DNA from: Acaryochloris thomasi RCC1774
GTDB taxonomy: Bacteria > Cyanobacteriota > Cyanobacteriia > Thermosynechococcales > Thermosynechococcaceae
Assembly (NCBI RefSeq): GCF_003231495.1
Contig: NZ_PQWO01000018.1
Location: 1 to 32,000 of the forward strand
Direction of reading: 5' to 3'
Length of the DNA stretch: 32,000 bases
Shown: one piece after another, positions 18,647-26,574 of the stretch
Position numbering within the stretch: the first letter of the stretch is position 1
Layout: the number at the start of each line of letters is the position of its first letter
The notes under the pieces: generated by a model
Told to the model about the DNA's origin: nothing
The model's database searches: none
Seen by the model: the letters and a program-made list of their open reading frames with translations, nothing else
Made by a program: the position numbers and the translations under genes

Positions 18647-19480
18647 ATGTTACCCCGACTTGGTCAGTCACGCAAAAATGTTCATGTAAACGGTCGCTCA
18701 CTCCGGCACCAGTTCTCTCCTCAGCGACTTAATCGGACATCTTGGCGCGGCTCTGTGTTACTGGCTTTAATTTCGATAGGCACGGCGATGCCTCTTATGT
18801 TTCAGCCGTCAAGCTTATCGCCAACGGTTCTGGCCAATCAATCACGTTCAACGTCTTCGCCAGAGACATCTGCTGATGACTTAGGCGGTGCCTCGGTGCC
18901 CAAAAAAGGGATATCGAAGCAAACGTCCCTGCTGCTCTCTCAACCGATTCAGAAGGTTGCCGCCCACCAGGCTGCACTTGCAGTCGGCCCTGATGTGGGG
19001 TCGGCAGTCAGGCAATTTTGTCATCCTCTTGGTGGTTTAGGGGAGCTGACGCAGGGAAATGGCGGGTTGACCCACCAAGGGCGAATGTACTACGCCTATG
19101 ATCTCGCTAGTCCGATTGGGACACCGGTTTACGCGATGCAGTCTGGGCGAGTGATTGGTATTTATGATCGCTACCCTGACACCGGTGGTGGCCGTGAAAA
19201 AAGCAATAAATTTAACTATGTTTACCTGGAGCATGATGATGGCTATCGCTCCGTTTATGTTCACCTACAGCAGGAGTTTAGAAAAGCAATCACGTTAGCC
19301 GTGGGGGATTGGGTTGAGGTGGGGGACTTGATTGGTCTCAGCGGTAATTCTGGCTGGAGCGGCGGTCCCCATCTGCATGTCGAGGTGCAGCAGCCGGGTG
19401 ATTCACCCCGACGATTTACGACTACTGTGCCGTTTGCGATCGCAAGTCAATGTGATGCTGGCCACATCGCGCAGGGCTAA
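18647..19480 (+). CDS. M23 family metallopeptidase (LytM/lysostaphin-like)
   Basis: YAYDLASPIGTPVYAMQSGRV...YVYLEHDDGYRSVYVHL...GDLIGLSGNSGWSGGPHLHVEVQ carries the M23 HxxxD and HxH zinc motifs. The N-terminus has a signal or anchor helix. Confidence 0.85.
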   Translation: MLPRLGQSRKNVHVNGRSLRHQFSPQRLNRTSWRGSVLLALISIGTAMPLMFQPSSLSPTVLANQSRSTSSPETSADDLGGASVPKKGISKQTSLLLSQPIQKVAAHQAALAVGPDVGSAVRQFCHPLGGLGELTQGNGGLTHQGRMYYAYDLASPIGTPVYAMQSGRVIGIYDRYPDTGGGREKSNKFNYVYLEHDDGYRSVYVHLQQEFRKAITLAVGDWVEVGDLIGLSGNSGWSGGPHLHVEVQQPGDSPRRFTTTVPFAIASQCDAGHIAQG

Positions 19481-19510
19481 AGGTTAATAAAGCGGCATCT
19501 TATCTCTGAT

Positions 19511-19831
19511 CTACAAGCCAGTCGAAGGTGAGGGATGAGGTTGAAGGTCAATCATTGCCAATAATCTCTTGCTATCGAGCTGCGCCGCGATAATTTTTTC
19601 TTTCTGAGGCTTGGCTAACGTCTTGATGCGCTTTTCTGCCTGTAGCGCTAGCGACTGATTGCCGATCTCAACTTGATAGACAAGCGTTAGTGGCCCTTTT
19701 GCTCGCAAATACTTGGCCCCTCGATTTCCTTTACCCGCATGTTCGGCTAGACGACGCTGTACATCGGTCGTGATTCCCGTGTAGAGCGTTCCCAACCGCG
19801 TTCTGATTAAGTAAAGATGCCACTGAGGCAT
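19511..19831 (-). CDS. GIY-YIG nuclease family protein (UPF0213/YhbQ-like)
   Basis: WHLYLIRTRLGTLYTGITTDVQRRLAEH...GAKYLRAKGPLTLVY is the GIY-YIG core with a small single-domain size (106 aa). Confidence 0.85.
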   Translation of the reverse strand: MPQWHLYLIRTRLGTLYTGITTDVQRRLAEHAGKGNRGAKYLRAKGPLTLVYQVEIGNQSLALQAEKRIKTLAKPQKEKIIAAQLDSKRLLAMIDLQPHPSPSTGL

Positions 19832-20048
19832 AGGGTATTCAACCTGTGAAAGTCAGTGATATCCTACACCCTTACCCCTAGCTTTTCGCGGGTCAGTGAT
19901 ATTGGTATGGCTCGCTTTCATCCTTGATCTTTGAACCAAGGCGCACCGAAGATTAGGAATTAATCAGGACTTTAAAGACAAGCAGATTGATGGCTATCAA
20001 CAGAACAATCAAATTTGGGCTTAGCGAGATCCGTCAAGTTTTTGCCTC

Positions 20049-21404
20049 ATGACCCTCATTGTTGCGGGAGAACGGAGCGGGGTTGGCAAAACTACAGTGA
20101 CTTTGGCGCTGCTGGCAAGTCTCAATCGCCAGCGGCAGGTACAGTCCTTCAAGGTGGGGCCGGACTATATCGATCCCATGTTTCATGAGGCGGTAACGGG
20201 GCGATCCTGCCGAAATCTCGATCCCGTACTCACGTCAGAGCAGTATGTACAGCAGTGCTTTGCTCGGCACAGCGCAACGGCAGACCTGAGCTTAATTGAA
20301 GGCGTTATGGGTCTCTTCGATGGCGCGGGGGATAGCGACTGGGCCAGTACGGCCCACATCGCCCGTCTGCTAGCGGTCCCGATTTTGTTGGTAATCGACT
20401 GCAGCCATCTTTCACGATCTGTCGCGGCGATCGTCCACGGGTATCGGTCCTTTGATCCGCGTTTGAGGCTGGCGGGCGTGGTCTTGAATCGAGTGGCCAG
20501 CGATCGCCACCTTGAGGTGTTGAAAGGCGCATTGGCCCCGCTTAATCTTCCGGTGCTGGGGGTTCTCCATCGCAATGCGGGGATCAAGATTCCTGATCGC
20601 CATTTGGGGCTGGTGCCCACGGATGAGCTGCAGGGGATGGAGAAAATTGTGACGCAGTTGGCGGATGTGGGGGACCAGTGTTTTGACTGGGAGAGGCTGA
20701 TGCCGCTATTGATGAGTCCTAAAAAGACGCTGGATGCTAAACCTAAACCATTGCAGGCAAAGGAGAGGAGGGTTCGGGTTGCGATCGCAAAAGATCCCGC
20801 CTTTAACTTCTACTATCCCGACAACTTAGAGCTACTAGAACAATCAGGAGCAGAGTTAGTTTTCTGGAGTCCTCTTAAAGATTCAGCCCTCCCTGCAGAT
20901 ATTCAAGGAATGTATTTGGGCGGCGGTTTTCCTGAAATGTTTGCAGCAGCGCTGGCAGAGAATGAACAAGCGCGGCAGTCTGTAAAAGCCGCTGTTCAAG
21001 CAGGGTTACCCACCTATGCTGAATGTGGCGGTCTTATGTATCTTTGCGAATCCCTACAGGATCTAGAAGGTCAAACCTATCCGATGGTCGGTGTCCTGCC
21101 TACCACTGTCTCGATGGGGGCTAAGCTAACGCTGGGCTATCGCCAAGCAACGGTGCAGCAGAACACGCCTTTGCTCAGCAAAGGCGTTCAAGTCTGGGGC
21201 CATGAGTTTCATCACTCTCAACTGAGTCAAACTTCGGCCCACCCCATTTATGATCTGTCTGGCTATGGCGCTTCAACGCTATCGGCCCGTGAGGGCTGGA
21301 GCCTCTTCAATCTGCACGCTTCCTATGTTCACCTGCATTGGGGCGTTCATCCCGAAATTCCCCAGCGGTTTGTGCATCAAGCTGAGCAGCAGTCAGGTCT
21401 CTGA
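20049..21404 (+). CDS. cbiA: Cobyrinate a,c-diamide synthase
   Basis: The N-terminal P-loop reads VAGERSGVGKTTVTLALLASL...FKVGPDYIDPMFH. The C-terminal glutamine amidotransferase part reads GGGFPEMFA...YAECGGLMYL...GHEFHHS. Confidence 0.93.
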   Translation: MTLIVAGERSGVGKTTVTLALLASLNRQRQVQSFKVGPDYIDPMFHEAVTGRSCRNLDPVLTSEQYVQQCFARHSATADLSLIEGVMGLFDGAGDSDWASTAHIARLLAVPILLVIDCSHLSRSVAAIVHGYRSFDPRLRLAGVVLNRVASDRHLEVLKGALAPLNLPVLGVLHRNAGIKIPDRHLGLVPTDELQGMEKIVTQLADVGDQCFDWERLMPLLMSPKKTLDAKPKPLQAKERRVRVAIAKDPAFNFYYPDNLELLEQSGAELVFWSPLKDSALPADIQGMYLGGGFPEMFAAALAENEQARQSVKAAVQAGLPTYAECGGLMYLCESLQDLEGQTYPMVGVLPTTVSMGAKLTLGYRQATVQQNTPLLSKGVQVWGHEFHHSQLSQTSAHPIYDLSGYGASTLSAREGWSLFNLHASYVHLHWGVHPEIPQRFVHQAEQQSGL

Positions 21405-21845
21405 AGCCCTGTGCCCAAAGAAATCGATGCGATAGTCGGTAATCTTGATACCGGTGTGCTGCTCAATTTGCTCAAGTAAATCTGTGGGGAGCTGAACGTG
21501 GATATCAAGGATTTGATCGGTATCGATACAGTTGACGTGGCTGTGGGAAGCGCTCACGTGACCATAAAGGCGACCATCTGCCCGATCTAGACACTCAATA
21601 ATCCCCTGTTGCGAGAGCGCTTCTAGATTTTGATAAACCGAGGTGTGACCGATATCTGTTCCCTGGCGGTTGAGGCGATCGTAAATGTGGCGAGCAGATA
21701 GGTGCTCCTTCGCATTCCACAGCAGCTCTAAAATGGCTCGTCGCTGGCGACTGAGGCGCATACCTAGCGACTGACACTTCTCTAGTGCATCCTCAAGAGA
21801 CACCCCTGCCTGCTCAATAATCAGACCACCCTGAGACTTAACCAC
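21393..21845 (-). CDS. Fur family transcriptional regulator
   Basis: The winged helix reads RLSRQRRAILELLWNAKEHLSARHIYDRL...GHTSVYQNLEALSQQGII. A His-rich metal site reads HVSASHSHVNC. It has a GTG start. Its 3' end overlaps the cbiA 3' end by 12 nt (convergent). Confidence 0.88.
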   Translation of the reverse strand: MVKSQGGLIIEQAGVSLEDALEKCQSLGMRLSRQRRAILELLWNAKEHLSARHIYDRLNRQGTDIGHTSVYQNLEALSQQGIIECLDRADGRLYGHVSASHSHVNCIDTDQILDIHVQLPTDLLEQIEQHTGIKITDYRIDFFGHRASET

Positions 21846-21869
21846 AATGTTTTCCCACTCAATGCATTA

Positions 21870-21887
21870 CTTTAATGATAACTAAAG
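21870..21887. promoter_or_regulatory. Candidate Fur-type operator upstream of the fur-family gene
   Basis: CTTTAATGATAACTAAAG is an AT-rich partial palindrome containing AATGATAA (Fur-box-like), 25-42 nt upstream of the GTG start. Confidence 0.3.
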
Positions 21888-22023
21888 TCAAACCGCTTCC
21901 GCATTACAGGCTTAGCCTTGATGTCTTTTGGACTGGGGCTTGAAAGAAAATCATCGTTCCAAGGCAAGTCTATGATAGAACCTGGGGCTACCGCTGCTCT
22001 TGCAAACAGGTGACTTAAATTCA

Positions 22024-22500
22024 ATGACGACGACAATTGCGCTAACGGCAGAGCATATAGATGCTCTAGATCTATCTCCTGCTCAGGCTGTGATTGATCC
22101 GTGGCTGCAGACGGGCACTCTGGCAAGCCAGACCCAAGAGATCAAGTTTCAGATTGATTATCCTCAAGAGGCCGATCAAACGCTTGAGTTTCCTGAGATT
22201 CCTGAGGTACGACTCTGGTTTATGCGCCTTGACAGCTATTATCCCTGGTTTCCTTGGCTGTTAGATTGGCAATCCGGTGAGCTAGTGCGCTACGCCGCGA
22301 TGCTGGTTCCCCATGAGTTTAATCCAAAAGAAGGGATTCAATTTAACCCCCAGGCCCTGGATATTTTTGTCATGCAAAAGATCTTTGTGAGCTTCCGGTG
22401 GTTGAAGAATCAAAATATTGAAGGGGAAAGCAAGCTCAAACAAATGGCAGAGATGTTCGGATATGAGTTGAACTCAGAGCTGTTTTCGCTGCTGCGTTAG
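22024..22500 (+). CDS. CRR6-family (DUF1817) NDH-1 NdhI maturation factor-like protein
   Basis: EFPEIPEVRLWFMRLDSYYPWFPWLLDWQSGELVRYAAMLVPHEF..KEGIQFNPQALDIFVMQKIF matches the conserved core I recall for cyanobacterial CRR6 homologues. ATG at 22024 is preferred over the track's TTG at 22000. Confidence 0.65.
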   Translation: MTTTIALTAEHIDALDLSPAQAVIDPWLQTGTLASQTQEIKFQIDYPQEADQTLEFPEIPEVRLWFMRLDSYYPWFPWLLDWQSGELVRYAAMLVPHEFNPKEGIQFNPQALDIFVMQKIFVSFRWLKNQNIEGESKLKQMAEMFGYELNSELFSLLR

Positions 22501-22552
22501 TGATGGTTTCTGCACTGTTATTCAGGTTTTAGCGGATGGCTCTGAGAGGATT

Positions 22553-22702
22553 TTGGAGAGTCAAACTGACTGGGAACGTGTAGATGCAATGACAGATGAA
22601 GACATAGAAGCAGCAGCACTTTCTGATCCAGATTGTCCACCTAGTCGTGTTGGGCAGTTCCGACGTCACGCATCTCAGAAGGCTAAAGCATCTTCAGATT
22701 GA
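22553..22702 (+). pseudogene. BrnA/DUF4415-like antitoxin remnant (C-terminal part only)
   Basis: The frame reads ..SQTDWERVDAMTDEDIEAAALSDPDCPPSRVG...* The TDW.RVDAMTDE.I..AA..DPD.PP pattern is typical of BrnA/DUF4415. There is no ATG, at most ~49 codons follow a TTG, and no cognate BrnT is present. Confidence 0.45.
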
Positions 22703-22703
22703 T

Positions 22704-23046
22704 TCAAGATGCGTTGATCACTTCGTCCGCAGCTTTTTCTAGTGCTTCATCCATCCAGGCATTAATGCTTTTCCCAGTCTTAGCTGCAGCGACAAAAAGT
22801 TTGCGGTGCCGGTCTGGAGTGGTTCTCAAGGGTAACTTGCCCGAAAAAGACTTAATCTGGCTCCTGCCCCAATTCCTGACAAAATTCTAGATAGTCATCA
22901 ACTGAGTCTTGAAAAGCTTGCTTGGCTTCAACAACGGTATCGCCCTTAAAAGTCACTACATCGCGGATGCCTAAAACTCTGCCGAAAATTAATCCTGCTT
23001 CTATATCAATATTCAGTTGTCCGGTATAGCCTTTGTAGTTCAGCAT
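22704..23046 (-). pseudogene. hicB: HicB-family antitoxin interrupted by a +1 frameshift
   Basis: The N-terminal ORF (23046-22852) reads MLNYKGYTGQLNIDIEAGLIFGRVLGIRDVVTFKGDTVVEAKQAFQDSVDDYLEFCQELGQEPD*. The RHH part continues in another frame (22851-22704) as KSFSGKLPLRTTPDRHRKLFVAAAKTGKSINAWMDEALEKA...*. Removing one T/A near 22854 restores the canonical ..EPDKSFSGK.. junction. Confidence 0.75.
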
Positions 23047-23048
23047 TT

Positions 23049-23321
23049 TTAATATTCTGACTCTGACTCTGGCTCAATGCCAGCATTGACCAAAAATTCT
23101 CTGACTGATTTGATCGTGCCCTTATCTGTCACTCGCTGTGGATGAGGTTCATGAAAGACCGCGCGCTGTCCATTGAGCAATACTCGAACCCGACTGCCTC
23201 GACCTTGAGTAACAGAGGCTCCGAGTGACTCAAACAACTTGGCAATATCTGCCCACGGAAGATTCGCTGGGACAGGATCGGTAAAAATTAACCGAAGCGT
23301 TTTCTTCTGCTTGTTGTTCAT
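23049..23321 (-). CDS. hicA: HicA-family toxin (type II TA)
   Basis: KKTLRLIFTDPVPANLPWADIAKLFESLGASVTQGRGSRVRVLLNGQRAVFHEPHP...DKGTIKSVREFLVNAGI fits the long HicA subfamily pattern. Its stop is 2 nt from the hicB ATG. Confidence 0.8.
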   Translation of the reverse strand: MNNKQKKTLRLIFTDPVPANLPWADIAKLFESLGASVTQGRGSRVRVLLNGQRAVFHEPHPQRVTDKGTIKSVREFLVNAGIEPESESEY

Positions 23322-23328
23322 TTATTCG

Positions 23329-23350
23329 TGATATCAATCAATGATATCAA
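23329..23350. promoter_or_regulatory. Candidate hicAB operator: two TGATATCAA repeats, each holding a GATATC palindrome
   Basis: TGATATCAA occurs at 23329-23337 and 23342-23350 (13-nt period), 8-29 nt upstream of the hicA ATG. Confidence 0.4.
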
Positions 23351-23465
23351 AGCAAGTCTAGCAAAGTTGATCGATACTAAGTCATAGGCTTCAAGTCGTT
23401 TAGGGGCCTGCAATCTTCAGCAGGAGACTGTTAACGATTGCGAACCTTACGATAGCCCCATCTTT

Positions 23466-25739
23466 GTGACTGAGTCTGTGTTCAATCAACAACCTATTAC
23501 TCAAGATCTTGTTCTCATTGGTGGTGGACATAGCCATGCGATCGCAACTCACCAATTCATCATGCAGCCCCTGCCAGGAGTCCGCCTTACCCTGATCAGT
23601 GCTGGCTCCAATACGCCTTACTCAGGGATGCTGCCCGGTCACGTCGCCGGTCTCTACAGCTATGACGAATGCCATATTGACCTACGTCCCTTAGCGAAAG
23701 CAGCCCAAGCTCAGTTTTATCTCGATCAGGTCATCGGTCTAGACCTAGAAAATCAGCGTGTGCTTTGTGCAAACCACCCTCCAGTGGGTTTCGACGCTGT
23801 CTCCATCGATATTGGCAGCACCCCCGCGCTACCCGATGTACCAGGAGCCGCCGAGTACAGCATTCCCGTAAAACCCTGGGACCAGTTCCTTGCCCAGTGG
23901 CAGCGTTTGATTGCTCAAGTGAAGCTGGCCCCCACCCAGCCCATCTGTCTTGCAATTGTCGGAGGGGGGGCCGGAGGCGTAGAACTGGCCCTCACGATTC
24001 AATATCAGATCCAGCAGATTTTGCAGAGGGCTGAGCAGCCGCTCGATAACGTTCAGATTCATTTGTTTCATCGCGGCGATCAGGTGATGACCGGCCACAA
24101 CGGCTGGGTTCGAAATCGATTTCATCGCATTTTGACGCATAAGGGCGTCCACCTTCACCTCGAAGAAGATGTGCAGGAAGTCCACGCCGGGATTGTTTAC
24201 TGTCGGTCTGGGTTTAAATTGACTTGCGATCGCATCTTCTGGGTGACTCGCGCTTCGGCCCCCCTCTGGCCCCGCACCTCAGGACTCGCCACTGACGATC
24301 AAGGCTTTATCCAAGTCTCACCAACGCTGCAGTCCCTCTCCCACCCGCAGGTATTTGCCGCCGGGGATATCGCCGCCATGGTTCAGTCCCCGCGCCCCAA
24401 AGCAGGCGTATTTGCCGTCCGTCAGGGCCGCCCTCTAGCGGAAAATCTCAGACGATTCCTGGGCGGTGAAACCTTAGAGAAATATCGACCTCAGCGCCAG
24501 ATTTTAGGATTGATTAGCACCGGCGATCGTAACGCTGTTCTCTCCTGGGGACCGCTCCCCTGGGGCTGGGAGTCCCCTTGGCTCTGGCGCTGGAAAGACA
24601 AGATTGATCGCAAGTTCATGGATCAGTTTAAAAATCTGGCAATGCCGAGCATGGCTCCAACCCCCGTTGCTGCTGAACCTGTTATGTACTGTGCCGGATG
24701 CGGCTCCAAAGTTGGAGGCTCTGTCCTAGAGCGGACGCTACAGCGGGTCCAAAAAGCTCAGCCCTCTATCGCAATTGAGGGAGAGGTGATCATTGGACTG
24801 GATGCCGCCGATGATGCCGCCATCGTCAGCGTTCCAGACGGACAGGTGATGGCCCACACGCTAGATTATTTTCGTAGCTTGATTAGCGACCCGTTTATCT
24901 TTGGGCAAATCTGCACCCACCATAGCCTCAGTGATTTATTTGCGATGGGAGCCACCCCGCAAACGGTTTTGGCGCTGGCTTCACTCCCCTATGCTAGCGA
25001 TGCCAAGCTAGAGGAAACGCTGTTTCAGCTTTTGTCTGGGGCAACGCAGGTGTTGCATGAGGCGGGGGCGTTATTGGTAGGAGGCCACACCACTGAGGGC
25101 AACGAGTTGGCTTTTGGATTGTCCTGTAATGGCGTTTTGAAACGCGATCGCATCCTCCGAAAAAGCGATCTCAAGCCTGATCAGGCACTGATAATGACGA
25201 AACCCTTAGGCACCGGCACTCTCTTCGCAGCAGATATGCGCCTGCAAGCCAGGGGCCGCTGGATAGATACAGCCGTTGAATCCATGCTGCAGTCGAATCA
25301 GGCAGCGGCGACCTGCTTGATCAAGCATCAGGCTAGCGCCTGCACCGATATCACCGGGTTTGGCCTCCTCGGACATTTATTAGAAATGGTCAAGGCCGCT
25401 CCTGTCTCAGTCGATCTCGACCTTGATGCCCTCTCACCTTTACCTGGCGCAATGACCTGTCTCGAACGAGGTATTTTTAGCTCACTCCATCCGCAGAATC
25501 TGCGTGCAGGTCAACAGATCGAGAACGTCAACGAATCTCAAACCCACCCCCACTGGCACCTCTTGTTTGATCCCCAAACCTCTGGCGGATTGCTGGGGGC
25601 TGTTCCCGCCGAACACGTCCTCGACTGTCTGGCCGATCTTCAAGCCTTGGGCTACTTGCACAGCCGACAAATTGGCTGGGTGATTCCCTCTAGGCCACTA
25701 GCGCAGCCTGTACGCTGTGTGATATCACGGCGTCGCTGA
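23466..25739 (+). CDS. selD: Bifunctional FAD-dependent pyridine-nucleotide-disulfide oxidoreductase / selenide, water dikinase
   Basis: The N-terminal half has DLVLIGGGHSHA, IVGGGAGGVELA and FAAGDIA (two Rossmann folds). The C-terminal half has YCAGCGSKVGGSVL (SelD glycine-rich loop with Cys), AADDAAIV and TDITGFGLLGHLLEM (AIR-synthase-like fold). GTG start. Confidence 0.92.
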   Translation: MTESVFNQQPITQDLVLIGGGHSHAIATHQFIMQPLPGVRLTLISAGSNTPYSGMLPGHVAGLYSYDECHIDLRPLAKAAQAQFYLDQVIGLDLENQRVLCANHPPVGFDAVSIDIGSTPALPDVPGAAEYSIPVKPWDQFLAQWQRLIAQVKLAPTQPICLAIVGGGAGGVELALTIQYQIQQILQRAEQPLDNVQIHLFHRGDQVMTGHNGWVRNRFHRILTHKGVHLHLEEDVQEVHAGIVYCRSGFKLTCDRIFWVTRASAPLWPRTSGLATDDQGFIQVSPTLQSLSHPQVFAAGDIAAMVQSPRPKAGVFAVRQGRPLAENLRRFLGGETLEKYRPQRQILGLISTGDRNAVLSWGPLPWGWESPWLWRWKDKIDRKFMDQFKNLAMPSMAPTPVAAEPVMYCAGCGSKVGGSVLERTLQRVQKAQPSIAIEGEVIIGLDAADDAAIVSVPDGQVMAHTLDYFRSLISDPFIFGQICTHHSLSDLFAMGATPQTVLALASLPYASDAKLEETLFQLLSGATQVLHEAGALLVGGHTTEGNELAFGLSCNGVLKRDRILRKSDLKPDQALIMTKPLGTGTLFAADMRLQARGRWIDTAVESMLQSNQAAATCLIKHQASACTDITGFGLLGHLLEMVKAAPVSVDLDLDALSPLPGAMTCLERGIFSSLHPQNLRAGQQIENVNESQTHPHWHLLFDPQTSGGLLGAVPAEHVLDCLADLQALGYLHSRQIGWVIPSRPLAQPVRCVISRRR

Positions 25740-25754
25740 TGCCCTAAACCCTCT

Positions 25755-26429
25755 TCATGGCAGAGCCTCTGTGAAGTAATGAGTAGACGGCTCTCTAATT
25801 GCACGAGCCGTCTCCAAGGCAAACCATTCTGCATAACGTTCGGCTGATGGCGTATCTCGTTCCCAAACTCTTTTATCTACGTGATGCCCCAATTCGTGCA
25901 GTAAGACATCGAATAAATAAAATCGCTCCAGACTGCCTTGGTCAAACTCCAGCCACCATCCTGCTTCGTCTTTTCTCCAATCAGCGCCCATGCGTTTATA
26001 TTCTTCAACGACTGTCGGTTTTGGCAGATTCCCCCAACAATTCCTTAGCATCCATTCAGGAAATGCATAGAGATAAATGGTTCCAGATTCATAGCAACCA
26101 TACCGGAAGCTCTTCTTAGAGGCTTTAAGCTGCCTAGACGTTCCACCCAAAAGATAAATGGCATGCAAATGCACCAAAAACTTGGCAGGCACTCTGTTCA
26201 ACACATTCTGAATATCTTCAGCACAGACAGGATGAATAAATTTAGGATGCAACTTTTGGACGTAGACTGAAATGGCTCCTGAACCCGTTTCAAATCTGAG
26301 CTTAGGCTTCGAGTATTTAGGGAGAGTAGAAATCTCTAAATCAAAAGGGTTATATCTAGACCAGTTCGTGAATTTAGATTCGGAATAAATATTGGAGCGT
26401 TCACCACTACTACATTTAAAGCCTGACAC
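25755..26429 (-). CDS. Hypothetical protein with an HExxH motif (putative small zinc metallopeptidase)
   Basis: 224 aa with a GTG start. The only recognisable motif is FDVLLHELGHHVD near the C-terminus. By eye, its AT content is higher than that of the flanking genes. Confidence 0.5.
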   Translation of the reverse strand: MSGFKCSSGERSNIYSESKFTNWSRYNPFDLEISTLPKYSKPKLRFETGSGAISVYVQKLHPKFIHPVCAEDIQNVLNRVPAKFLVHLHAIYLLGGTSRQLKASKKSFRYGCYESGTIYLYAFPEWMLRNCWGNLPKPTVVEEYKRMGADWRKDEAGWWLEFDQGSLERFYLFDVLLHELGHHVDKRVWERDTPSAERYAEWFALETARAIREPSTHYFTEALP

Positions 26430-26574
26430 CCTATCAACCTCGCTTTTCCCCTGTACCCATCATAGCCTTATGAATTTTGGGGGAGGTGAACACGTACCAG
26501 AGCTATCTAATCGATTCTCACCATAGTGCAGAAGGAGCGCTATTTTCTATTAACTGTCTGACATCAAGACGGCG

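Noticed and set aside
19832-20048. Possible cobalamin riboswitch upstream of cbiA.
   Set aside because: I could not find the B12-box or the conserved GCCACTG-type core by eye. The absence should still be confirmed with Infernal (RF00174).
21872-22126. 84-aa minus-strand ORF opposite the CRR6-like gene start.
   Set aside because: It overlaps the fur/CRR6-like promoter region and the N-terminus of a gene with clear family similarity. It has no motif support.
24684-24710. Possible selenocysteine (UGA) recoding in the SelD active-site loop.
   Set aside because: The loop is encoded as TGT-GCC-GGA-TGC-GGC-TCC-AAA, with ordinary Cys codons and no in-frame TGA. This is a Cys-type SelD.
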